Shown piece after piece: positions 1 to 16,700 of a stretch of 64,000 nt of DNA (its first letter is position 1; every line of letters begins with the position of its first letter). Source of the DNA: the human T2T-CHM13v2.0 reference genome, Homo sapiens; the NCBI RefSeq assembly GCF_009914755.1, contig NC_060926.1; one strand, 5' to 3'. Under the pieces are notes generated by a model. That model was not told the DNA's origin. It was given only the letters and a program-made list of their open reading frames with translations, and did no database searches. A program made the position numbers and the translations under genes.

Positions 1-298
1 GAAGTATCCATGTTTGTCCCGGCTTCATGCTACCCTCCTTTTGCAAGGAGGCAGGTGATTGACCAGTATCAGCCAGATCCTGAGGGCAAGATCACAGCCT
101 TGCAGACTTCAAAGCTATCCAGGCACTTTCCAAGCAAACATTCATGTTCACAAAGTCTATAGAAATGTAGATTCGCAGGCAGAACTCAGGAGGAAAAGTG
201 CCATCTCCCATGATTAAGAAAACATTTCCATTTTTATCTGTATATTTCGTGTCTGCATGTTTTATATTTCTCCAATGCATTTAAAATATATTATTTTA

Positions 299-611
299 GC
301 CATGCACGGTGGCTCACGCCTGTAATCCCAGCACTTTGGGAGGCTGAGGCGGGCGGATCACAAGGTCAGGAGATCGAGACCATCGTGGCTAACACGGTGA
401 AACCGCATCTCTACTAAAAATACAAAAAATTAGCTGGGCATGGTAGCGGGCGCCTGTAATCCCAGTTACTCAGGAGGCTGAGGCAGGAGAATGGCGTGAA
501 CTCGGGAGGCGGAGCTTGCAATGAGCCGAGATCATGCTAGTGCACTCCAGCCTGGGCGACAGAGTGAGACACCGTCTCAAAAAACAAAAACAAAAACAAA
601 AACAAAAAAAA
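299..611 (+). mobile_element. AluY-like SINE
   Basis: Full dimer with AluY diagnostics (gagatcgagaccatc, gctaacacggtg, gaatggcgtgaa); (CAAAAA)n tail. Confidence 0.93.
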
Positions 612-1350
612 TCATATCACATTGAAAGGACCCTCAGGGATTATCTGGCTCAAGGATAGCACTCAGTGACATATTCAGTGAAGGAAGAGAGAAAAGCTGG
701 CCTGGGGAAACAGAGGCACAGAGAAGGGAGAGATGTTCTCAAAGTCACACAGCCACAGAATGGGGCCTGAAATGCAGGTCTGCAGACACCAGCCTGTTCT
801 CTTCCTGCTCGGCTGAATGGCACCCATAATGGCTGCAGGGTCCACCCAGTGGGAGGAGAGGCCAGTGTGCCTGGTGAGATCATTGTGGAGCAGATGAGGA
901 CTTGAGAGCCGGGGCATAGCCCAGCCAGATTTGTGCTTTTGCCAAATAGCCAAGTCCTCTCCCATTTCTTCTGTTGGCTCTGAGAAGATCTGTCGGCTCT
1001 GAGAAGATCTGTCTGCTAGAGAGGGAGGGAGGGGCTGATCCTAGGCCTGGGCCTGTTATTCTTTCTTGAGTCATCTTTGCTGCCCTATCTCCTGAGTACT
1101 AGCAAGATCATCTGGTCCTCAGTTCTTTCACCTATCCCCACCCCGGAGGAGATGAGATGTGCTAGAAGTGAGCATCTGTCACTGCCCTCAGCCTCCTCCT
1201 GGGTTTCAGGAGGGTGATAGCCCCTCATTCAGCTACCATGGACCACACTGTGCACCAAAGACCGCGCTGGGTGCATTGACATTATCTTATTCAATTCTCA
1301 CAGCAACCTCAAGAGGCAGTATTCCCAACTCCCTGCCTTTTAGATACACT

Positions 1351-1590
1351 TGATTTTTTCAAAACGGTTTTAGGTTCACAGCAAGGCTGAGCAGAAAGTA
1401 CAGAGAGTTCCTGTATACCCTCTGCCCCCACATATGCACAGCCTCCCCGTGGCCAGCATCCCACACCAGAGTGGCACATGTGATAAAATCAGTGAGTCTA
1501 TGTCTATACAGCATGATCACTCACAGTCCGAAGGTTTTTCTTCACTCTTGGTGACGTACAATCTGTGGGTTTGGACAAGTGGTAGTATTT
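1351..1590 (-). mobile_element. Old L1 (L1MC-like) 3' end fragment
   Basis: ttttaggttcacagcaa...gaaagtacagagagttcc...cccacaccagagtgg resembles the L1MC 3'UTR antisense. Confidence 0.65.
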
Positions 1591-1680
1591 TAAAATGCCC
1601 ACTTGACAGAGGAGAGCAGCTAGGCCCCGAGGTTAGGGTCAGGGTTGAACAGCTGGGAGGTAGGTGGCAGGGATGGAGCC

Positions 1681-3008
1681 TTGATGGGTGGAGGAAAGGC
1701 TTCATGCTAACAAGCTCTCTCGGCCCCAGGACCCCATGGAAATGTCAATATTGTACCTGGTTTCCCAAATGAAAATCAAATAGGGCACATGGGTCTGCTT
1801 AATGGGTGATGAAGTTCCAGTGGCTCCAACAGAGGTAAAATTGATTCATATTTGTCAGGCTGGGAAACGGGAGAACTAGGCTCCAGGACCTCCTGGCCTC
1901 TTGCCTGGCAGCTCCTTTAGGCATATTTTTGGACAGGCCACACAGCTTCCTACTGAGGGCTCGCGAGGCAACAGGCGCAAGCTGGCCCCTGGAGATCAAC
2001 CTGGGCAAGGCAGAGCTGCTGCTTTTGAGGTGCTCATAGCCTCGTGGAGTCACAGACGCATATGAGCTCGTTTTGGCCTGGAGTCAGCCCATGCTCACCG
2101 AGTTTTCTGCTTATTGCACTGGATGGACAGCATGGCATGGAAGAGTTTATAGGACTGAACAGGCTGGCACTTGAGACATTTCTGAGTTTTCCCCTTTTCT
2201 AGATGTGAGTTTACAGCTGGCCATTCCTACAGTGACTCATGAAAGCTGATGAGATATTTTGATATTGACGAGGTGACACAATTATTATTGAGATGGATCA
2301 CTGTACCTTACAAAGGCACCATCCAGGTTTCCTGTCAATCTCTCTCACTCTCATCTCTAGACTCCTAGGCCCTCCTGGCAGGCAGTGCTGAAGCAGCCCT
2401 TCCCAGCCCAGGACAGCAGATGCTTAGCCCCTCTCGGGACTGGCCGGCTCTCCCTTGAGCAGGCACGCCTGGGCCAGGAGCTGTCTTCCTCTCCCAGAGC
2501 TGTGTGGGCCAATGGAAAGAGCATGGCTTTGGAGTACAACCAACCCGCACTCTGCTCCTTGTGTCTTCATGGCCTGGGGCAAGACCCTCCATTTCCTCAT
2601 CTGAGCATTCTGGTATTAATCCTTGTAAGGGAGTTTAAGGGCTGGAGACAATGGAGCCTAATTCCTGTACATGACAGGTGCTCAAAAGCTGGTGGCTCCC
2701 ATTCTGAGCTAAGTGAAGTTACCTGTGGCATGCTCTCACTCTGAAATACCTCCTGTCCAAAAATATGTCTACAGGGGCTGCCAGGCAAGAGGCCAAGGGG
2801 TCCTGGAGCCTAGTTCTCTCATCTCCCGGCCTGACAAATATGAATCAATTTCACCTCTGTTAGAGCCATTGCAACTTTATCACCCATAAAGCAGATCCGT
2901 GTGCCGTATTTGATTTTCATTTGGAAAATCAGGTACAATATTGACCTTCCCATGGGGCGCTGGGGCCAAGAGAGCTTGTTAGCATGACGCCCCTCCTCCA
3001 CCCATCAA
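1681..3008. repeat. Inverted repeat, 257-bp arms (1681-1937 and 2752-3008), 814-bp spacer
   Basis: Manual reverse-complement alignment: gapless, about 28 mismatches in 257 (~89%). Confidence 0.93.
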
Positions 3009-3049
3009 AGCCTCGGCAGCTCCTCACTTTCCACTCCTAGCCCAGTGGA

Positions 3050-3205
3050 GATTGGTGCTCTTCTCTTGCAGTATACTAGAGTCCTCTGGGGAGTTTATTA
3101 AATGCAGATTCTAAGTCCCCCTAAATTTACTAAATTGGACTCTGCAGAGGTAGGCCCAGGAAAGCATTTTCACCAACTTTCCCAGTGATTCTGGCTTGAG
3201 AATCA
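3050..3205. mobile_element. MER5A/B-like hAT-Charlie relic
   Basis: ggggagtttattaaatgcagattct...ggcccaggaaagcatttt...cccagtgattct. Confidence 0.55.
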
Positions 3206-3396
3206 TGCCCTTAGGACACCTACGGGGCACCTGCCTCACCGCCTCTCCAAGGCAAAGTCCAGGAACCAATGCTGGGAAGGCTTATGTGATTTAATAGAGA
3301 AGAAGAGGTTGGGAGAGGGAGAACAAAATTGTACTGTCCTTAACCCTTTACAGTGACAGGTACTGCTAGCTTGATGTAGAAACACATACTCTTTAC

Positions 3397-3692
3397 TTTT
3401 TTTTTTTTTTCTGAGACAGAGTCTCACTCTGTTGCCCAGGCTGGAGTGCAGTGGTGTGATCTCTGTTCACTGCAGCCTCCGCCTCCTGGATTCAAGTGAT
3501 TCTCATGCCTCAGCCTCGAGTAGCTGGGATTACAGGTGCCCGCCACCAGGCCCAGCTAACTTTTGTATTTTTAGTAGAGACAGGGTTTCATCATGTTGGC
3601 CAGGCTGGTCTTGAAGTCCTGACCTCAGGTGATCTGCCTGCCTTGGCCTCCCCAAGTGCTGGGATTTCAGGCAGGAGTCACGTTGCCCAGCC
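3397..3692 (-). mobile_element. AluS SINE
   Basis: Antisense Alu dimer; TSD agaaa(c/a)acatactct. Confidence 0.93.
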
Positions 3693-4025
3693 AGAAAAAC
3701 ATACTCTAGAGTCACACACCCATCAGTGAAACATCAGCTCAGCCCTGTTGCATATTTTAAAGTATACTAGCTGCATATTTTTCTCAGATTACTTCTCCTA
3801 GCTTTTAGTGTTTTCTCAACATTAAAATGGGAATTATAATATCTATTTCAAATAATTATCAATGAGATTATGAGATTCGTGCTGGAAATGCATAACATGG
3901 GGCTTGGCACAGAGTAGGTGTGCCTGTTGTCAATTTATTGCCTGTCAACTGCAAATCCACTCTTCTTTGCCCTACTTTGTAATACTGGAGCTGGACCCTG
4001 TTACTAATTCTCTTTCGTCAGCTGT

Positions 4026-4058
4026 TGCAATGTTACACTGTGTCAGTAGAGGGTGCTA
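4026..4058 (+). promoter_or_regulatory. Candidate CTCF site in the LTR41-like element (upstream module plus core)
   Basis: TGCAATGTT-N5-GTGTCAGTAGAGGGTGCTA; core CpG decayed to TpG. Confidence 0.45.
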
Positions 4059-4513
4059 GAGGGAAACTGCAAGGTATAGCAGAGGACCAGCTCCTCCTTC
4101 TGGCTCCTCCTGGACACTGCAAGGTAAAGCAGAGGACGAGCTCCTCCTCTTGGCTCTAGTGTGCCTTTTTTCTCCCACAGTGTGATTGTCCCAGCAGGGG
4201 GAAATCCAGTGGCGCTTTCTCCAGTGATTTTCCCCAGCATCCAGCAGAGGAGGCTCTTGTACTCCAGCTCCAGTCCACTGGCACCCCGGACCTTCTCCAC
4301 TGCCCAGTGGTCTGCAGCCACACTCTCTCCCTCAAGGTGGGACTCTCATCCATGCTCTAACCTCCTCCTCTGGGTAATCTTCCCAGCCCTAGAGGTAGCA
4401 GGGCTACCTCTATAATAGTAAGTGCTTCCTGCACTTATTATTCCTGTATTCCTTAGAGTCCTCTTTTGCCCCTTTTAGAAGTTAACACCTTTTACTACTT
4501 CATAATATATATA

Positions 4514-4805
<292 letters not shown>

Positions 4806-4899
4806 TATAATTTTTTATATTACATTTTCCTTATTCAAATTGCTGGTGTGATTTTTGTCTCCTGACTGGACTCTGTCTGTTATATAGTAGGTGTTTTAA

Positions 4900-5226
<327 letters not shown>

Positions 5227-5424
5227 CAGAAAAGCATTTTTACATATGTCATTTAATGACAAGGGAAAATTACCACACACCGCCAGAAACTATGGCAGCT
5301 CTGGAGTTTGCAACCCCAACTTGAACAAATGACTTCCTCCTTTGAGGGCTCGCAGAGTGTGACCATTGCATACTTCCTGGTCATGGTCTGGGGAAAACCA
5401 TGAGGAGTAAGGGTGAGGAAATCA

Positions 5425-5822
<398 letters not shown>

Positions 5823-6547
5823 TCAACCCATAGCTTCCCTTTCCACCCTTTGTAGTTTGTGGGGTGTACATATAGGCAGTAAAATGTGCTAAGAAGAACC
5901 CATCTGCATTGTTCTTTAGAGATATCTGAACCCTACAGACCCCAGCAAGAGGGCAAGATTCTGTTGCACAAAGTGGGCAAAACCAGGTGAACTGCCCCCT
6001 GCCACCAATAGAAAGTCAGCTCCCCCAGGCTTCTCTCTGGCTGGTTTTGTTACTTTCTCCTACCTTGGCAGCTGAAATGGAGGCAGCCCTTGGCTGTAAC
6101 ATCCATGGTTGATGGCCTGGCTGTGTGGTCCTGCCTCGCGGCTGCGTGGAACTGAATGTGTGGACAGGGATGTGCATAATCATCCTGGGTGGAACCCCAG
6201 GGTCCCAGTGCTGGACCCTGGGGTCCTAGAGCTGCTCCTACCTGGTATGGATATCCTGCTCTCCACCTGGGCCTAGGACTCCCAACTATAAGTCATAAGC
6301 CATGGCAGGGTCTCAGAGAACAAGGGAATTAGAAGGAAGGACTTTAGGGGTCAGGCCAAACCCACAATTGGAGAAGCTGACTAAGGTCAGACAGAGAGGC
6401 AGTTGCAAGACTAAGATTACAACCGAGGCCCTGCCCTACTCACACTATGGGTTAATGTTGCCAATTTAGCCATAGGGAGGGCCTGACTTCCGGCAAACTC
6501 CTGGCTTGCAGTGCTGAGCAGCAGGGCTGAGCAGTAATTAGTGGAGA

Positions 6548-6566
6548 TGACCACTAGGTGTCACTG
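6548..6566 (+). promoter_or_regulatory. Candidate CTCF site
   Basis: TGACCACTAGGTGTCACTG is close to the CTCF core consensus. Confidence 0.55.
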
Positions 6567-6595
6567 TCGCACCATTATCTGCGGCTGCACAGTGG

Positions 6596-6600
<5 letters not shown>

Positions 6601-6637
<37 letters not shown>
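6601..6637. repeat. Poly(T)37 tract
   Basis: Uninterrupted T run with no adjoining SINE or LINE body. Confidence 0.95.
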
Positions 6638-6641
<4 letters not shown>

Positions 6642-8010
6642 TCCCCAAAACATGTGAACGCTGGCTTAACCGCCAACCTCAGGTAGGTGAAAGGGGTTTT
6701 TAATTTTCATTGTCACAAGCATCATAAAAGAAGCAGCAACTCCCAGGCTAAAGAAGGGGAGGACTGTTTTGACTTACTGCCCCAGAGAGCATGGGTCTCA
6801 GCAGAGCTGCTGTTGCTGAATTGGAGGGGCTTTTTTCTGGCTGTTAATTGCTGCCCCTCGCTGATGATTGCGGAGTAGAATCTGTTAGGACGTGGATCTC
6901 CAAGTCTGTGACATGGAAGGAACCTTAGAAATCTGCAAGTCCAGCCCCTTCATTTTTGGAGAAGGAAGCCCAGAAGAGAAGGCCATTTCCCTAAGGCACA
7001 CAGCTTGATGGAGGCAGAACCGGGACTTGAACCTTAGACTCCAGAGTTCTCACCCAGTGCTCTGTTCTCACCCAGTGCTCTGTCCACTCCCCCGTGGTGC
7101 GTATCTTTACACCACATGTGCTCATTCATTCACTCCCTTAACATCTATTGAGCACTTACTCCAGGCTCAATACATGGGTAGTGAAGTTGCAATGGCTCTA
7201 ACAGAGGCGAAATTGATTTTATTTGTCAGGCTGCGAAATGGGAGAACTGGGCTCTAGGAAAGCCCTTTAGGCGTAAGCCATGGCAGAGTCTCAGAGAACA
7301 AGGGAGTTAGAAGGAAAGAATTTAGGGGCCAGGCAAAACCCCCAACTGGAGAATCTGACTAATGTCAGACAGAGGCAGTTGCAAGACTGAGAATATAACC
7401 TAGGCCCTGCCCTACTCACACTGTGGGTTAATGTTGCCAATTTAGCCATAGGGAGGGCCTGACTTTGTGGTTGAATGGAAATGGAAACTCTTAAAGAGGC
7501 AAGATGACGTGGCATGTCAGTGACCAGAGATCACAAGTGGGGCCAGTTTCCTTCCTTTTGGTCCAGAGTACTTGTCAAGCTCATCCAATCTTTATGCAAA
7601 CAACAGCAAAAGTGAGACTAGGATTCAGACCAAGATGAAGTCAGGTGAAGATGATGGAGCTGTGGCAGCTTGGATGGTGCATGCTCCTGCTGGGCTGCCT
7701 GGATGCTCCACCTTCTGTGGCCCACACTGGATACTGATTGAATGGGCAGGAATCTTTGGACCTTGGAGGATTTGAAGCTGCAACAATTCTGACCATCGGG
7801 GACAGTGTTTTACCACATTCCACTTGGTCAAAGAGCCTATCCTCCAAGGCAGAAAAAAGAAAATGTTTTTTAAGGGAACAGAGAGGTGTTTAAAATAAGA
7901 GTGTTTAAGTATAGAAAAGAGAAAGATAACATTACCCTGGACTTAACATTGTCCTCTCAAAGGCAGTCATTTTATCGTCTTGCCTGTCTCTTCTCTGAGT
8001 GGGTATATCA

Positions 8011-8416
<406 letters not shown>

Positions 8417-8974
8417 TTAGAAGTCCTCTGGGGGCATTTGGTGGCCTCAGAAAGGATGGTTTAGAGTCTGGCTAGAGATGGCCCATCTGTGCAGCCCCAA
8501 GCCCGTCCACCCTCCCCTCCTCTGTCCTCCACCAGGCGGCAAGGTCGCGCCCATTACCCATTCTGCACCCGTCTTCTCAGATACAGCTATCACCTGCTTT
8601 GCTGCAGCCGGGTGCCACTGCTGTACTCATTATTGACCATTCTGCTGAGATATTAAGCACTTTGGCTTGGCTGGAGGATTGTTAATCAACAACCTTGTCA
8701 GAGTGATGGATTCTTTTAAGATTATTGCTTAATTAGCTTGTTTAGAGGTAAAAATCAATGAGGACATCAGTTCTCTGGGAACTGGGAGGTGGTAGAAAGG
8801 GATCTTGGTGACATCCCAGGGAGCAGAGTGTGGTTGTGGTGGGACGGGTAAGAAGCCTCTGAACACAGTAGGCCTTAAGCTTGCATTCATTAGGGATCTC
8901 ACAGTCACCCTGGTTGGTGCAGTCTAGAGAATTGCCACCAGTCAGCGAAGTTGCAAAAGCGGTGATTCCTGAAA

Positions 8975-9130
8975 TGTCACCCAAGGACTATGTGCCGTCA
9001 GCTGGGGAGCTTTAAAATCACAGATCCCCAGGGCCAGCCCCAGACCTTCTGGATTAGGATCTCAGACAAAATTGTAAACAAGTCACTCAAGGCAATTCCT
9101 ACATATATAAATGTTGAAACTCACAGCCTC
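8975..9130. mobile_element. MER5A-like relic
   Basis: ctggggagctttaaaatcacagatccccagggccagccccagacc. Confidence 0.5.
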
Positions 9131-9499
9131 AGAAGTCTGAGATGAACAGAGGTAAACAATTCTGATGGCGTTGGGCAACTAAACATTTCCACTGGGAATG
9201 GATTTCACGTGGCTGGGCTGTATCGCCAATACTCCTACCAGCACCTGTGGCCCCAGTCTTCTTCCTTCTGTTTTAGTCTTCCTATTTCTGTCGTATCCTC
9301 TGTCTCTCCCATCTAATTTGTCTGTATTGCTCCTGGCCATGCCTCATCTATCTGTTCCTCGTCTGTCTAAAGTTTCCTCCCTTCCTCAGGTCCCCATTTC
9401 CATCTTTTTGTCTTTCTATCTCTCCTTCCATTTTCGTCCTCTCTGTGCTGGCTGTTGTCTCTTGGCACCTGGCAGCTTTTACACCACTTTCTATATTCT

Positions 9500-9948
9500 C
9501 TCCTATTTGGCAGGGGCTGGAAGCCTGAGAAATACCCTTGCCAGGACAGATCCAGGTACATTGTAAGTCCCACCCTTGAGATACATGTGGGTGACATTTG
9601 GAAGGCAGAAGAGAGGCAGAAGGCATATGATTCTGCCTCCAGCAAGTTGTGCAGTCAGGTGGGTTTCAGCAGATGTGAGGTTTTGTCTTGCAAGTCACTG
9701 GTGTTAGGCTGCAGGAGGTCAGGACCATTACTGGCAGCTCCCTGTAGTGTCTGGCTTGGGTAGCAGTAGCAGCTTCTTGGTTCTCTTAAGGCTAGTGGTG
9801 AGCCTGGGAGTTAGTGGTGACCTTCCTGGCCTTTGCTCCTTTAACCAATCCAACAGCTTTTTAAGTGCCTCATTCCTTAGACTAGATCCCTTCCTTCTTG
9901 AAATACCTTGAGTGGTTTTTTTTTTCCTGACTAGACCTGGCTGATACA
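9500..9948. mobile_element. Ancient ERVL-type solo LTR (LTR33-group-like)
   Basis: Typical terminus gagtggttttttttcctgactagacctggctgataca; subfamily and left edge uncertain. Confidence 0.45.
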
Positions 9949-10211
9949 CTTTGCTCCTTCCTCACCATTTAAACTCTTTCGCTAGTCTGTATGCACATGT
10001 AGCTGCTGTCTGGAACCCAGCTGCCCTGGAGTGAGTGTGTGTGTGCACACGTGCTGTCAGATGGCTACCTCACTGGGGTAACCCCCAGCTCCAGGGAAGC
10101 AGATCAGTCCTTTCCTCTGCTCTACCGGGCACCAGCCTAAAGTCTAGTTGCTGGAGAGGCCACAGTAACCGAATCAGGGGACTTATGCTTCAATCTTGTA
10201 TCTGTCACTTC

Positions 10212-13386
<3,175 letters not shown>

Positions 13387-15037
13387 CACACTGTATCTGC
13401 CACTGCTAATGGCATGGCCACCTCTTCTCGGGGCCTCAGAAATCTCATCTGGACACCTTGCTTCCATCATACGATGGCTTTAGTAGCAGAAGCTCTAGGG
13501 AGCCTGGGGGGCAGGTGGGATTTGTGCCTGAGCCTTTGTCATTTGCTCTGTGAGGGATCCCACCCCTCCATCTGGGCACCAGCCATGGTCCTTGCTCACC
13601 TCCTCATCTTGCAGAGACAAAGCAACCCATCCCAGGACCCAAGTGTAAGAAGCTGGCAGGGGCAGGGTTTGTCTGAGATCGTCAGCCTGTCAAGCCCGCC
13701 CTGCTCTGGAGCCCTTTCTCAACTTTGGCTGAAGGACATGGGGAGTCCCAAGGAGATGCAGCCTCGGGGTGAGCTGGCTGGTCTGCCCTGTGCTGGGGCT
13801 AAGGATCAAGGTCCTGCCCTTCCCTGGGGAGACTGGAATATAATCTCCCCCAGCTCCAAGCAGGGAAGCCCAGGCCCCTCTGCCGTGGCCACCTGGAGCC
13901 TTTCTGAGCCTTCAGAGCCCCAGCATGACAGGGAGAATCAGTTTTTCAATCAAGCAATTGAGGACCCTGCCCCTTTAAATCCTGTTAAAGAGAAAATTAA
14001 TGACTGGTCCCTGAGCAAAGCCCTGTGAGGGAGGAAATTGCCCTGTATCCTGAGAACACCAGTCCAGCCTGTGCAGACCCCTGGGGCTGCTCACCACTGA
14101 CCCTAGGCCTGCAGAATCATCCATTTCTGCTTGTCCTCCAGGGTGCAAGCAGGCCCAAAAGGAGGTTGGAATGACATGTGGTTGTGGCAGCAAATTGTGC
14201 AGGTGGGCTGGACTTTCTACCTGGATGCCTGGGTGAAGGTCATCTTTGAATCCTGCAGGAAATGGCTTATTCATTCTTATGGATTTTCCCACTTATCAGA
14301 GTCTCTGTTGACCTGCCAGCCCCAGTTTTTTTGCATGCAGAAAATCTTATGCAACAGGGCAGTCTGACAGCCTAGGATTCAGGATCTTTAGATATTAGCT
14401 TTAACTCCAAAGTCCATGCTCACAAACATGGGCATCTATCCTGGCTAACCAAGCAGGGGACTGGGAGGCAAAGTGACCTGTCCCAAACTTTGCTGTGTGT
14501 CTGACCCTCTCGCTATTCAAAAGCATTAGCAAGAGGGGTTCAACTCCTTAGGCAGGTAGCTATTCTACTTGAAATGACTGTGGAGGCTTTACAACAGTCC
14601 CTGTGGATGAGGTCACTTGGGCCTGTTTGGTACTTGTATACAGCATGCCATCACTGCCGAGCACTGCCCTTGCTCCTGGCATGGGTGTGTGTGTGATGAT
14701 GCAGCCCTGTCCACACCATCCTGTCCTCCGACCGTGCCACTCAGAAAGTCACACTCAGCAAGCTTCCCACCTTCCTGTCCTTTTGACACACCCATTTGCA
14801 ACGATTCCCCTACTGGGTTGATGCATCCAGAAATGAGCTTTCCAACTGCAAATTCTTCTGAGCGGGATCTGGCCCAGTTATGCTGTGGAATCTCTTCCAT
14901 CCTCTGTGGGCCTCACCTTTTTGAGACACCCAGTGACCGCACCATGGATGAGGAGAGAGTGAGGGAAGCGTCTGCCTTGCTGGGTACTTTTCCTCTTCCC
15001 CAAATGTATTTTTAAGACAGAATATGAATGAGAGACC

Positions 15038-15503
15038 TTTATGGGAAACATGTTTTATTTTTGCCATTTAGCTGTGAAATCATCAGGATCCAGACATAAG
15101 ATAGTGTAATTATTCTGCAAACACCCAGTGGACAGCTCTTGTGTCACCCATAGCACCCGAGGGTGGTCAAAGTGGCTCATTCTGGCTCTTCCAAGAAATG
15201 AATCCAACTGGTGACAGGGGACTCAGAGACAACTTCTCTTCTCCTTTCCCACAGGGAGACATCTCCTGCTTCCTTTTCCAGGGCAACGTAGGCTGAGTAC
15301 ATCCCAAAGTGCTCAGATGAGCTGCTTGGTGGCCACAGGCTTAACTGGGCCTGGGCCAGCCAAGGACCGAACCCAGGCTGTTGGGAGACAGCTTGGACTC
15401 TGTTTCATGCAGGGCTGGTTTAGATTTATCACAACCACCATACTGGGCAGCACAGCCTCTTAGAATGAGAGCCAGATTCTTGAGTGATCACTGGGAGCTT
15501 GTC
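15038..15503 (-). other. CAPN13: Probable CAPN13 non-coding terminal exon (3'UTR)
   Basis: Acceptor gtgtctttctctag|GACAAG at 15503; non-repeat sequence; AATAAA at 15054-15059; 3' end approximate. Confidence 0.72.
15054..15059 (-). terminator. Polyadenylation signal AATAAA for CAPN13
   Basis: Plus-strand tttatt at the end of the inferred last exon. Confidence 0.65.
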
Positions 15504-16119
15504 CTAGAGAAAGACACGGGGGTGCAAATGCAGAGGGCCAAGGGTGAGTAAAGAAACTCCTTCCTTTGAGTGACCATGGAAGTGGGGCCCCATTCCAAAG
15601 ATGCTGTTCTGGATCATCCCACAGTAAAGGAAGCACTGGCACTTCCTGCTGGCAAGGCTGACAGACCCCAACGTGCCCATGGCCCCTTAATGGATGACCC
15701 TACCCCATTCTTCAAAATTCCTTAAAGGGCACCCCCCCACCTGTCCTGCCCCAAGCTTGAGTTCATATCATAGCCCATTTTAGCACCTTGAGGGCTGGCA
15801 CTGGAGTGGAGGGAAACTTGGGGGAGAGATGTTCCTCCCATCTCCAGGCAGGTTAGAAGGGCTGAGGCCAGGGGCTGCTATAGTAACAACAGCCCTGAGC
15901 TCTGTCCCATCCAAGCTCCAGATGGCTAGCTTTGGACTTCTGCAGAGGAGTGGTTTTTCTCAAGTGCAGGGGGCTTGGAATAAAGTGACATTCGTGCATA
16001 GTCATGTTTTCTGCAATAATCAGCCAGCTGCCCTACCCATGGGGTAAAGAGGCCTCAACTCTTCTTCCCTGCCTCCCTCCACCTCTCTTGTCTCTCAGAC
16101 TACTTGCTAGTTTGCCTAT

Positions 16120-16700
16120 TTTTTTTTCCATGAAAACTCAGTCCAAGATACATGGTTAGAAAATTCAAAGAGTACTACAAGGCACGAAGGAAAAATAGCA
16201 GGTTCTTGTCCCATTTCTATCCAAATTCCCCTCCCTAAACTCTTTCTTCTGATGTTTACCTCCATATTTCTAGGTAATGTGCTTATGCAGTTAATTCTTG
16301 ATTTGTCAATTTTAAATGCCTATTGACTTCTTATGATGCAAGATGGGGTGGGGTTGCTTCTAACCCCCTTTCATGTCTACATCTTCCCTCCTTCTGATAT
16401 ATTTATGTCACATTTTTGTTAAATCAATATTCCATTTGTATTTTATTACAATTATATATGTACTGTTCACTGCTGAGTGAAAAAATACTCTAGGATCACA
16501 TTTTCTCTCTTCTGTAACTCTTTATTCTTCCAGGAGTTAATAACTACCTCACTTTTTTGTCTGCTTAGTTTAAGTCATTATCCTACTAATTCTTCCAAAG
16601 CTCTCCAGCAGAATTTCAAAATCCCTCTGAACATTATTTTTTCTATAATTAAGCAATCTGATCAAAAATTGCTCCCATTTTCCCCAAAGGCCACCCCTCC
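16120..16700. mobile_element. Ancient L1ME-like 3' fragment
   Basis: AT-rich sequence resembling the old L1ME 3'UTR; boundaries uncertain. Confidence 0.35.

Larger units (their letters stand above)
6296..7465 (+). repeat. Dispersed direct repeat of ~193 bp (6296-6489 and 7274-7465)
   Basis: Manual alignment: about 15 mismatches plus a 2-nt gap (~91%). Confidence 0.92.
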
